A stretch of DNA of 20,000 bases from an uncultured virus (IMG/VR IMGVR_UViG_3300025141_000001) (IMGVR_UViG_3300025141_000001), one strand, 5' to 3'; shown: positions 9,476 to 17,392, counted from the stretch's first letter. Numbers and translations: made by a program. Notes: a model not told the origin generated them from the sequence alone.

Positions 9476-9940
9476 ATGCAATTATCTTCAAATTTTAGTT
9501 TACAGGAGTTAACTAAGTCACAGACAGCGACGAGGAAGGGCATTGATAATACCCCTAGTCCTGAGCACCAGGAGAACCTCAAAAGGCTCTGTGAGAGCGT
9601 CCTACAGCCCGTTCGAGACCATTTTGGCAAGGTAGTAACCATTTCTAGCGGATATCGCTCCCCAGAATTGTGCACTGCCATAGGCTCAAAAATCACGAGT
9701 CAACATGCAAAAGGCCAGGCGGCGGACTTCGAAATCTTTGGAGTATCTAATAAAGCTCTTGCTGATTATATTGATTCAGAACTTCATTATGATCAACTCA
9801 TTCTTGAATACTGGAACGAATCGGATCCCAACTCAGGCTGGGTGCACTGTTCATTTGCAGAAGGCAAGAATCGCAAACAATATCTGAAAGCTTATAAAGA
9901 CGAGAGTAACAAAACTTGTTATCAACCTATGGAGGGCTAA
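9476..9940 (+). CDS. Endolysin, Zn peptidase family M15A (Peptidase_M15_3-like)
   Basis: LSSNFSLQEL start, SGYRS, SQHAKGQAAD (H-x6-D) and WVHCS Zn-ligand motifs. Confidence 0.9.
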   Translation: MQLSSNFSLQELTKSQTATRKGIDNTPSPEHQENLKRLCESVLQPVRDHFGKVVTISSGYRSPELCTAIGSKITSQHAKGQAADFEIFGVSNKALADYIDSELHYDQLILEYWNESDPNSGWVHCSFAEGKNRKQYLKAYKDESNKTCYQPMEG

Positions 9941-10032
9941 TGATTCAACTATATAATAAATTCAATTCGATTTTCAATCAGCATCAAGGACTTGTGTTAT
10001 TTGTGATGCTGGTTTTGATTTATTTAAAATAA
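9940..10032 (+). CDS. 30-aa single-pass membrane peptide (not in ORF track)
   Basis: MIQLYNKFNSIFNQHQGLVLFVMLVLIYLK*. TAATG overlap with the endolysin stop and GGAGG at 9931-9935. Confidence 0.6.
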   Translation: MIQLYNKFNSIFNQHQGLVLFVMLVLIYLK

Positions 10033-10048
10033 TCAAATTTGAAAATTC

Positions 10049-10065
10049 TGCGCGCCCCACGCGTA
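10049..10065. terminator. GC-rich hairpin between convergent genes, possible terminator
   Basis: TGCGCG-CCCCA-CGCGTA forms a 6-bp stem with one G-U pair, in an AT-rich gap between converging operons. U-tracts are weak. Confidence 0.4.
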
Positions 10066-10072
10066 TATCCTA

Positions 10073-11503
10073 CTAAATCCATGATTTAAGTTCTTCACCC
10101 ATAATCTGTGAAGCAATATTAATCTTGTTTTTAAGGGCTCGCACTATTTTTTGATCTACGGTTTTATCGGCAATAATGTCAACGTAGGTAACAGACTTCT
10201 TTTGCCCAATTCGGTGGGCTCTATCTTCGGACTGTAATCTTTTTTCTAAGTCATATCCATTAGAATAGTAAATTACCGTATTGGCCGCAGTCAGGGTTAT
10301 TCCATATCCGCCGGTTTGTGGAGTTCCTACGAAAAATCGTACTTTATCATTTTTCTGAAAATCGTCTTTATTCTTTTGTCGTTGATCCTGAGGCGTGAGC
10401 CCATAATAATCAACCACGGACCCCGGACCATATTCTTTAATAATGGCATCTTTAATAATCTGAACGTCTCTTTGCCAATGGGCCCATATAATCGCTTTTC
10501 CTTCAACTTCTTCTAATACATCCATTAATTCATTTAAACGATTGTGTTTAATTTCCTGAATTTCAGCATCATCCCCTTTAAAGTGACCACAAGTAATTTG
10601 TTGCAAACGCATTAATTGCGTAAGAGCTGTAGCTGTTGTCATTTTTTCTCCATTCATCTCTGCTAAAGCCTGTTCTTTCATTTGTTTGTAAATCTTTTCT
10701 TGTTCCGGTGTTAAAGTAATCATTCTTTTCATATAAATTTTAGGAGGTAAATCTAAACAATCTTCTTTTAAGACTCTATAAGAGAAAGGTTTAAGTTTCT
10801 CTGATAATTCTCCAAGATTTTTATAGAAGGCTACTACTTGAACTGAACGGCCACCAAAGTTCATGGTTTTCATTTCAGCATATCTATTTCTAAAAGAATA
10901 AAACGATTCACTGTCTAAATGCCAAGGGCTTAAAAATTCACACTGACTATATAAATCTAAAGGATTTCTCGTGACAGGAGAACCCGTTAAGATCCTACGA
11001 TACTTAGTATATTTAGAGAGCTTAACAATATTCTTTGTTCGTTTAGCTTTAGGATTTTTAATCGTCGTACTTTCATCCACCACCATTAAAGTTTTATGAG
11101 ATGATATAAACTTATAAGCAAACTTTACTCCTTTAACTGTGCTTAAAGCTTCAACATTCATTACTAATATATGCAGCTGATGACCCGTAGCAAATAAAGT
11201 ATCTAATTTATCTTGCTGTTTTTGATTAATGTGGGCTTGCCACAATACCGACACATTCTCTATATGAGTAGGTAAGTGTGCAGGAAGTTCCTGTTGAAAC
11301 CAAGTATTAACAACTCCTTTCGGAGCTATAATTAAAGCCCCATCAATTTTTCCATGATCATAAAGCATGGCCATATTATCGATAAGGACTTTAGTTTTAC
11401 CTGTTCCCATCTCCATGAAATAAGCATAGGTTTCCCTGTTCCAAGACATTTCTAATGCCTTGAGCTGATGCTCATACGGATCAGTTTTAAATTTATATTT
11501 CAT
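10073..11503 (-). CDS. SNF2-family (SF2) helicase/ATPase
   Basis: Motif I MEMGTGKT, motif II DEST, motif III LTGSP, GGYGITLT, motif VI QSEDRAHRIGQ. Confidence 0.93.
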   Translation of the reverse strand: MKYKFKTDPYEHQLKALEMSWNRETYAYFMEMGTGKTKVLIDNMAMLYDHGKIDGALIIAPKGVVNTWFQQELPAHLPTHIENVSVLWQAHINQKQQDKLDTLFATGHQLHILVMNVEALSTVKGVKFAYKFISSHKTLMVVDESTTIKNPKAKRTKNIVKLSKYTKYRRILTGSPVTRNPLDLYSQCEFLSPWHLDSESFYSFRNRYAEMKTMNFGGRSVQVVAFYKNLGELSEKLKPFSYRVLKEDCLDLPPKIYMKRMITLTPEQEKIYKQMKEQALAEMNGEKMTTATALTQLMRLQQITCGHFKGDDAEIQEIKHNRLNELMDVLEEVEGKAIIWAHWQRDVQIIKDAIIKEYGPGSVVDYYGLTPQDQRQKNKDDFQKNDKVRFFVGTPQTGGYGITLTAANTVIYYSNGYDLEKRLQSEDRAHRIGQKKSVTYVDIIADKTVDQKIVRALKNKINIASQIMGEELKSWI

Positions 11504-11510
11504 CTTTCTA

Positions 11511-11545
11511 TTGACTTAGTATATAGGATCTATTATATATGTCAA
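11511..11545. promoter_or_regulatory. Overlapping divergent sigma70-type promoters in an imperfect dyad
   Basis: Minus strand: TTGACA (11545-11540), 16 nt, TATACT (11523-11518). Plus strand: TTGACT (11511-11516), 17 nt, TATATA (11534-11539). This is the only divergence point in the window. Confidence 0.65.
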
Positions 11546-11547
11546 GC

Positions 11548-11910
11548 ATGAAAGAAGAAAAATCAATAGTTTATGTAATTCAAGAAATTCCAGGAACCAG
11601 TGAAGGACGTCCTAAAATTAACATTATGGGCGCAAGAGAATTTGGGGAGTTTAAATTTTTACTTCCTGAACTTTCTCAGATTATTTTTTCTCCGGGTCCC
11701 TTAATTTTTAAATTAAGGGATCTTTTAAAAAATTATACCATCAAAGATTATTTATTATTAACAGGTGATCCAGCTATTATAGGAGTTGCGTGTTCAATAG
11801 TATCTGATATAACTAATGGTAAATACAAACTACTTAAATGGGATAAACAAGAAAGAAAATATTATTCCATTGATATTAACTTACATGAGAAAGGAAAAAT
11901 AGATGAGTGA
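11548..11910 (+). CDS. Conserved phage hypothetical protein, small alpha/beta fold
   Basis: VYVIQE...DYLLLTGDPAIIG...LLKWD...YY. The ORF-track start at 11539 lies inside the predicted promoter, so ATG 11548 is preferred. No SD sequence visible. Confidence 0.7.
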   Translation: MKEEKSIVYVIQEIPGTSEGRPKINIMGAREFGEFKFLLPELSQIIFSPGPLIFKLRDLLKNYTIKDYLLLTGDPAIIGVACSIVSDITNGKYKLLKWDKQERKYYSIDINLHEKGKIDE

Positions 11911-12457
11911 TATTAATTTTGAAAAAGACCAAGAAGAAGTTTTAGATCGTACATCGAATATAACTTCGTTAGCAGATCAAGTAAAAAGATTAAGAGATCT
12001 TGAAGATCAAGTTAAAGCAGATGAACAAGCTTTAAAAAATAAACAACGTGAAGTTGAAAGAATTTCAGGTGAAATTATCCCTACACTTTTAAGTGAAATG
12101 GGGTTATCATCTCTCAAACTTGCAGATGGATCTGCAGTTGAGGTAAAACCGTATTATGCAGCTAGCATCTCGATTAAGAATAGAGAAGCAGCGTATAGTT
12201 GGCTTCGTGAGAATGGCCTAGGTGATATTATTAAAAATGATATTACCGTTTCCTTTGGACGAAACGAAGATAACAAGGCGGCACATTATGCTAACCTTGC
12301 GAAGAGTCAAGGGTTTGAGCCGACACAAAAGTTGAAGGTAGAACCCATGACTCTTAAAGCACTCGTCCGTGAACGTATTGAGAAAGGTCTCGATATGCCC
12401 ATGGATACTTTTAACGTGTTCGTAGGAAACCGAACCAAACTAACAAGGAAACAATAA
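11903..12457 (+). CDS. Conserved phage replication-region hypothetical protein
   Basis: RBS AAGGA upstream. N-terminal coiled coil, then WLRENGLGDIIK and VEPMTLKALVRE motifs that I recognise from phage replication modules. Function unknown. Confidence 0.7.
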   Translation: MSDINFEKDQEEVLDRTSNITSLADQVKRLRDLEDQVKADEQALKNKQREVERISGEIIPTLLSEMGLSSLKLADGSAVEVKPYYAASISIKNREAAYSWLRENGLGDIIKNDITVSFGRNEDNKAAHYANLAKSQGFEPTQKLKVEPMTLKALVRERIEKGLDMPMDTFNVFVGNRTKLTRKQ

Positions 12458-12459
12458 AC

Positions 12460-13233
12460 ATGAAAAGTGAAACACAAATCACGAAACGTGAACAAGCAGG
12501 AGCGTTAGCTACAAATTTATTTGAAGCTGATGCAAACCAAGGCGCTCAGAATATAACGCAGGAAGATTTAGCGTTACCATTCCTGAAAGTTTTGGGACAG
12601 CTATCTCCCGAAGTTAATAAACGGGATGCAAAATATGTTGAAGGTGCAGAACCTGGCATGATTTTGAATACAGTGACAAACGCACTGTATGATGGCGCAA
12701 AAGGCATCCAAGTATTGCCAGTCTTTTACAAAAGACAGTACATTGAATGGCAAGACCGAGGTGAATCTAAAGGCGCACCAGTACATATCTATGAAGCTGG
12801 TGATGATATCCCAAAAAGTACAAGGGATAAACAAAACAAAGACCGCTTAGCCAATGGTAATTATCTTGAGAACACAGCAAATCATTTTGTTGTGGTATTA
12901 GGAGATAGTCCAACAACGGCTTTGATTTCTATGAAAGCTACTCAATTAAAGATTAGCAAGAAATGGAACTCAATGATGTTGGGTACTAAAATGCCAAGAG
13001 CTAATGGAAATGGGGTCTTCACACCGCCTACATATAGCCACATTTATAAGTTAAAAACAGTCCAACAGTCCAATGATAAAGGTACTTGGTTTGGTTGGGA
13101 TGTTTCTCAACTTGGTGCTGTTAAAGATAAAACAGTTTACGATATAGCTAAGAACTTTGCTGTAAGTATAAGCAAAGGAGAAGTAAAAGCTAAACACGGA
13201 ACTGAAGAATCTAAAACAGACGTACCTTATTAA
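12460..13233 (+). CDS. Putative single-stranded DNA-binding protein
   Basis: RBS AAGGA at 12445-12449. Beta-rich and aromatic (YIEW, KGTWFGW), acidic tail ending in an aromatic residue (EESKTDVPY), followed by a terminator. SSB role is inferred. Confidence 0.55.
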   Translation: MKSETQITKREQAGALATNLFEADANQGAQNITQEDLALPFLKVLGQLSPEVNKRDAKYVEGAEPGMILNTVTNALYDGAKGIQVLPVFYKRQYIEWQDRGESKGAPVHIYEAGDDIPKSTRDKQNKDRLANGNYLENTANHFVVVLGDSPTTALISMKATQLKISKKWNSMMLGTKMPRANGNGVFTPPTYSHIYKLKTVQQSNDKGTWFGWDVSQLGAVKDKTVYDIAKNFAVSISKGEVKAKHGTEESKTDVPY

Positions 13234-13254
13234 TTAATTCCTTTCTAAGGAATA

Positions 13255-13289
13255 GGGGGCGGGAGCGGGAGACTTAACCCGCCCTTTTT
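13255..13289 (+). terminator. Rho-independent terminator
   Basis: GGGCGGG (13257-13263) pairs with CCCGCCC (13278-13284) and is followed by TTTTT. A second small hairpin, TTCCTT-TCT-AAGGAA (13238-13252), lies upstream. Confidence 0.8.
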
Positions 13290-13295
13290 AATTAG

Positions 13296-13328
13296 ATGAT
13301 AGAAAAATTTAAGGAAACAAAGAAATGA
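13296..13328 (+). other. Mini-ORF MIEKFKETKK*, a duplicate of the primase N-terminus
   Basis: Its first six residues match the primase N-terminus MIEKFK. Its TGA overlaps the oxygenase ATG (ATGA 13325-13328). Confidence 0.5.
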
Positions 13329-13861
13329 AAATCAAGAGAATTGAAGCAGAAATATTTATAGTGGATGTCCCAGAACACAATCAATACAAAGATCAACTAT
13401 TAAAATTAATTGATGAAATGCCTAATCAGTCCTTTGAGTGGATTAGTAAATCCGACAGTGGTTTACCTAAATCCTTTAAAAGAAAATATCTAGATTTATT
13501 TTATAAGAAAGTTATTCAATCATCCAGGAATAAACTTATAAATTATTTTAAGTCAATGACTGGCAATGTTAATGGAACGGATTGGAAAATATCTAATGGT
13601 TGGTTTCAACAATATGGTAAAGATTCATATCACCAATGGCATAATCATAATGGTGCAAACTGGACTAATTCCTATTTTTTAGAATTACCGGATAGTGAAT
13701 ATAAAACTGAAATTAAAAATCAAGATAAAATTATAGAGTATGATGTTAAAGAGGGTCAACTTCTTTCTTTTCCTGCTCATTTATTACACCGATCCAAGCC
13801 TAATGGGGATAAAAGAAAAACCGTTATAGCCTTTAATTCAAATTTTATATTTCCATTATGA
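13325..13861 (+). CDS. Putative 2OG-Fe(II) oxygenase (HxH...H type)
   Basis: WFQQY...HQWHNH, GQLLSFPAHLLHRS and KRKTVIAFN match the double-stranded beta-helix pattern. RBS AAGGA at 13311-13315. Confidence 0.8.
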   Translation: MKIKRIEAEIFIVDVPEHNQYKDQLLKLIDEMPNQSFEWISKSDSGLPKSFKRKYLDLFYKKVIQSSRNKLINYFKSMTGNVNGTDWKISNGWFQQYGKDSYHQWHNHNGANWTNSYFLELPDSEYKTEIKNQDKIIEYDVKEGQLLSFPAHLLHRSKPNGDKRKTVIAFNSNFIFPL

Positions 13862-15372
13862 TAGAAAAATTTAAAAAAATATTTAATGGCTTACAACGAG
13901 CGCACGGTTGCACCTACGTTGAAAAGAAAAACGCAGATGGAACCAAAGTCAAAGGACAATCGTTTGTTAAACGAGAGCCAGTTATTACTACTCTGTGGGA
14001 AAACCATTTAAAAGGAATTGAACCAAGCCTAGGTATTATTCCAATTAATGAGGATAATAAATGTCGATGGGGGTGTATCGATGTAGATTCCTACGCAGGT
14101 TTCGATCATAAAAAATTATTAAAACAAATTCAAAATTTAAAACTTCCTCTAATAACTTTTAGATCTAAAAGTGGAGGAGCTCACATCTTTTTATTTACTA
14201 CAGTTCCAGTGGATGCATCGTTAATGAGAAATAGATTAATTTCGATTGGATCAGTCTTAGGATTTGGTAGTTCTGAAGTTTTTCCAAAACAGGTAGAATT
14301 AAAATCCAAAGATGATACAGGAAATTTTCTTAACTTACCATATTTTAATTCTAATAAAACAACAAGATATGCCTTTTTAGAAAGCGGAGACGCTGCTACC
14401 ATAGAAGGTTTTTTTGGACTCTATGAAAGAAATAAACTCACACCGGAACAACTAGAAAATTTAAAAATAGAAAGACCTCAATCAGAATTAGCAGATGGAC
14501 CACCTTGTTTAGAAACCATGTCCATTGATGGTATTGGAGAAGGGGGACGAGACAATGCTTTATTTCATTATGTGGTGTACGCTAAAAAGAAATGGCCACA
14601 AAATTGGGAAGGTAAGGTCACACTATTTAACGAAAGACATATGAACCCACCTCTCGATGATAACTCAGTTAAAAGAATTAAATTACAACACGATAAAAAA
14701 GAATGGGGATACAAATGTAAAGACGAACCGATGTGTAGTTATTGTGATAAAGATTTATGTCGTCAAAGAAAATATGGTATAGGCGGCACAGCTCTCTTCC
14801 CATCATTAAGTGATCTTCAAAAAATTAATCTAGAAAAACCCTATTATTATGTAAATGTAGATGGAGAAAGAGTGAAGTTAGAAGAAACAGCCTTCTTACA
14901 AGATCAACGTTTATTTCAAAGAGCAGTCATGGAACAAATTAATAAAAGACCACCACGAATTTCACCCAAAGAGTTTGGACAATATGTAGATCTCTTATAT
15001 GCAGGCATAGAAATCATTGATCCTCCTAAAGGATCTTCCACATTAGAACAATTACTAGATCATTTAGAAGAATTTTGCACGGACCGAACTGGAACAGGTG
15101 CAACCAAGGAAGACATGGAAAGAGGAAATGTTTGGAACAATGAAGGTAAACATCATTTTATTTTTAGAGAATTTTATAATAAGTTCTTGCTGCGTAGAAA
15201 ATGGAAAGAACCTTATGACATTACGATGCAACTTCTGGTGGATAAATGTAAATGTAAAATTAAAAGAGAAAATATTGGAAAGAAAAGACCTAACATTATG
15301 GTCGTCGAAGAATTTGAAAAACAAGAAGATACTTATAAAAAGAAACAATTTAAACCGAAGGACCCTTTTTAA
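13858..15372 (+). CDS. Archaeo-eukaryotic-type primase (prim-pol) with PriCT-like and Cys-rich domain
   Basis: AEP motif I (CIDVD, DxD), motif II (RSKSGGAH), GNFLNLPY, GGRDNALF (PriCT-like) and a Cys cluster. No Walker A motif seen. Confidence 0.8.
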   Translation: MIEKFKKIFNGLQRAHGCTYVEKKNADGTKVKGQSFVKREPVITTLWENHLKGIEPSLGIIPINEDNKCRWGCIDVDSYAGFDHKKLLKQIQNLKLPLITFRSKSGGAHIFLFTTVPVDASLMRNRLISIGSVLGFGSSEVFPKQVELKSKDDTGNFLNLPYFNSNKTTRYAFLESGDAATIEGFFGLYERNKLTPEQLENLKIERPQSELADGPPCLETMSIDGIGEGGRDNALFHYVVYAKKKWPQNWEGKVTLFNERHMNPPLDDNSVKRIKLQHDKKEWGYKCKDEPMCSYCDKDLCRQRKYGIGGTALFPSLSDLQKINLEKPYYYVNVDGERVKLEETAFLQDQRLFQRAVMEQINKRPPRISPKEFGQYVDLLYAGIEIIDPPKGSSTLEQLLDHLEEFCTDRTGTGATKEDMERGNVWNNEGKHHFIFREFYNKFLLRRKWKEPYDITMQLLVDKCKCKIKRENIGKKRPNIMVVEEFEKQEDTYKKKQFKPKDPF

Positions 15373-15905
15373 TGCGTGGAGAACAATTAAGTTTATTTGA
15401 ACAACCCATGGTGAGTAGAAAATTAGATAATCATCTTCTTAAACCCATAAAATTAGAAACTATTATGCCTGAAATTGTACCTGATAAACATGTTCTTTAT
15501 CCTACGGGAGGGTGGCATTTTTTTCATAAGCAGGTTGAAAAAAATTCTATGTACGCTAAACCTATTTGGCCTTACATAACTGTTCAAAATGGGGACAAAA
15601 TAAAAATATCTTCCACTTACTTTTCTGATGCAACTAATTACATGATGGTAAGTCTTAAAGATAAAAATCATCCTCAAACATGTCCTAAAATGATGCATGT
15701 TATTGTAGCTAAAGCTTACATATGGAATGCCGATCCCAAAAAATATTATCAAGTATCTCATAAAGGGGATGATAAATGTAATTACTTACCTGATAATTTA
15801 GAATGGACAACCGGAAGTGGTAATCACACCGGAAAAAAGAATAAGAGATTTTCTAACAAAGAACAAGATTACAAATTTGCCAAGGCACGAGGTTTTATAA
15901 AATGA
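15372..15905 (+). CDS. HNH endonuclease-like protein (I-HmuI/HNH_3 type), free-standing
   Basis: MHVIVAKAYI...VSHKGDDKCNYLPDNLEWTTGSGN follows the H-x-x-VA-x-AFI...H...NL-x-W-x-T-x3-N pattern. Overlaps both neighbours (TAATG, ATGA). Confidence 0.75.
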   Translation: MRGEQLSLFEQPMVSRKLDNHLLKPIKLETIMPEIVPDKHVLYPTGGWHFFHKQVEKNSMYAKPIWPYITVQNGDKIKISSTYFSDATNYMMVSLKDKNHPQTCPKMMHVIVAKAYIWNADPKKYYQVSHKGDDKCNYLPDNLEWTTGSGNHTGKKNKRFSNKEQDYKFAKARGFIK

Positions 15906-17392
15906 AGACAATTGTATTGGGACCGCCAGGCACAGGTAAGACTCATACTTTATTAAATGAAGTAGACAACTGTTTAAAACAAACCGATCCTAATAAGATC
16001 GGTTATTTTGCTTTTACGCAGAAGGCTGCATACGAAGCTCGTGATAGAGCGATGGAAAAATTTAATTTAACCGAAGATGATCTTCCTAATTTTAGAACTC
16101 TCCATTCTTTAGCGTTTAGAAGATTAGGAATTAAAAAAGAAAACGTAATGCAAACTAAACATTATGCCGATCTCGGAAAGAAAATAAATATTAGAGTAGA
16201 TTATAATGAGTATGATGATGAGTTCACAGGAATCTTTACAACCAAAAGTGATTACTTACGCATCATTCAATTAGCTAAACTCAGAAACATTACACCCGAA
16301 CAACAATATAATTTACAAGAACATACTCAAGACATATCGGTAAAAAATTTAAGAATATTTGCTAATGAATTAGAATCTTACAAAAAACAATATGGACTCA
16401 TTGACTTTAATGACATGATTACTCAATTTATTAAATCAGATACTTGTCCTAAACTGGATACAGTTTTTATTGATGAAGCCCAGGATTTATCCCGCATGCA
16501 ATGGAACATGGCAGCTGTCTTAATGAGCAACTCAAATGATTCTTTTATCGCCGGTGATGATGACCAGGCTATCTTTAGATGGGCGGGAGCTGATGTTGAT
16601 AGTTTCATTACACAAAAAGGAAAATTTTTAAACCTAACTCAATCCTACCGCGTACCTAGAGTGGTTCATGATGTAGCCATGGGAATTGTAGGAAGAATTT
16701 CAAATCGGTTACGAAAAGAATGGGAACCTAAAACACATTTAGGAATGTTATCTTATTACCACGAATTTCACGATGTAGATTTAAGTAAAGGAGAATGGTT
16801 AGTATTAGCTCGAACAAAGTATATGTTGAAAGATTTAGAGGATGAACTTTATAAGAAAGGATTCTATTACAAAAATAAATTTAAAAAAGGATATGAATCT
16901 GATTTATATAATGCCATTACTAATTGGGAAAACTTCAGAAAAAACAAAGAGTTAGACGCAGAACAAATAAAAGAAATAGCCAGCTATATGTCTCCTAAAC
17001 ATTATATGAGAGAAAGTTTACAGTACATGGATAAAGATAAATTTTATACCATTGACGACTGTCATAAGAGTCATGGTTTAATGACCAAAGCTGTCTGGTA
17101 TGAAGCCATGGATCAAGCGCCAGCTAAAAGTGTAAACTATATTAGAAAGATGAGAGAAAATGGAGAAGCGTTAAATAAATCGCCACGTATTTTATTATCA
17201 ACCATTCATGGTGTCAAGGGGGGAGAAGCCGATAATGTTGTCCTTCTTACTGATTTAAGTTTAAACACACAGAAAGGCTATGACAGAAATCCAGATGATG
17301 AAAATAGATTATTCTATGTGGGTGCCACACGTGCCAAGAATCATCTCCATATTATTAGACCCAAAGATATTTATAAAAGTTTTAAATTATGA
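15902..17392 (+). CDS. UvrD/Rep-like superfamily 1 helicase
   Basis: GPPGTGKT, FTQKAA, RTLHS, DEAQD, GDDDQAIF, LTQSYR, STIHGVKGGE, RLFYVGATRAK. Confidence 0.93.
   Translation: MKTIVLGPPGTGKTHTLLNEVDNCLKQTDPNKIGYFAFTQKAAYEARDRAMEKFNLTEDDLPNFRTLHSLAFRRLGIKKENVMQTKHYADLGKKINIRVDYNEYDDEFTGIFTTKSDYLRIIQLAKLRNITPEQQYNLQEHTQDISVKNLRIFANELESYKKQYGLIDFNDMITQFIKSDTCPKLDTVFIDEAQDLSRMQWNMAAVLMSNSNDSFIAGDDDQAIFRWAGADVDSFITQKGKFLNLTQSYRVPRVVHDVAMGIVGRISNRLRKEWEPKTHLGMLSYYHEFHDVDLSKGEWLVLARTKYMLKDLEDELYKKGFYYKNKFKKGYESDLYNAITNWENFRKNKELDAEQIKEIASYMSPKHYMRESLQYMDKDKFYTIDDCHKSHGLMTKAVWYEAMDQAPAKSVNYIRKMRENGEALNKSPRILLSTIHGVKGGEADNVVLLTDLSLNTQKGYDRNPDDENRLFYVGATRAKNHLHIIRPKDIYKSFKL

Larger units (their letters stand above)
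13296..13874 (+). repeat. 17-bp direct repeat ATGATAGAAAAATTTAA at 13296-13312 and 13858-13874
   Basis: Identical copies flank the oxygenase gene. The second copy is the start of the primase gene. Confidence 0.9.

Noticed and set aside
13325..13861. Oxygenase plus glycosyltransferases as a TET/JBP-type DNA hypermodification system
   Set aside because: The oxygenase has HxH rather than the TET/JBP HxD pattern, lies 12 kb from the GTs, and looks independently inserted.
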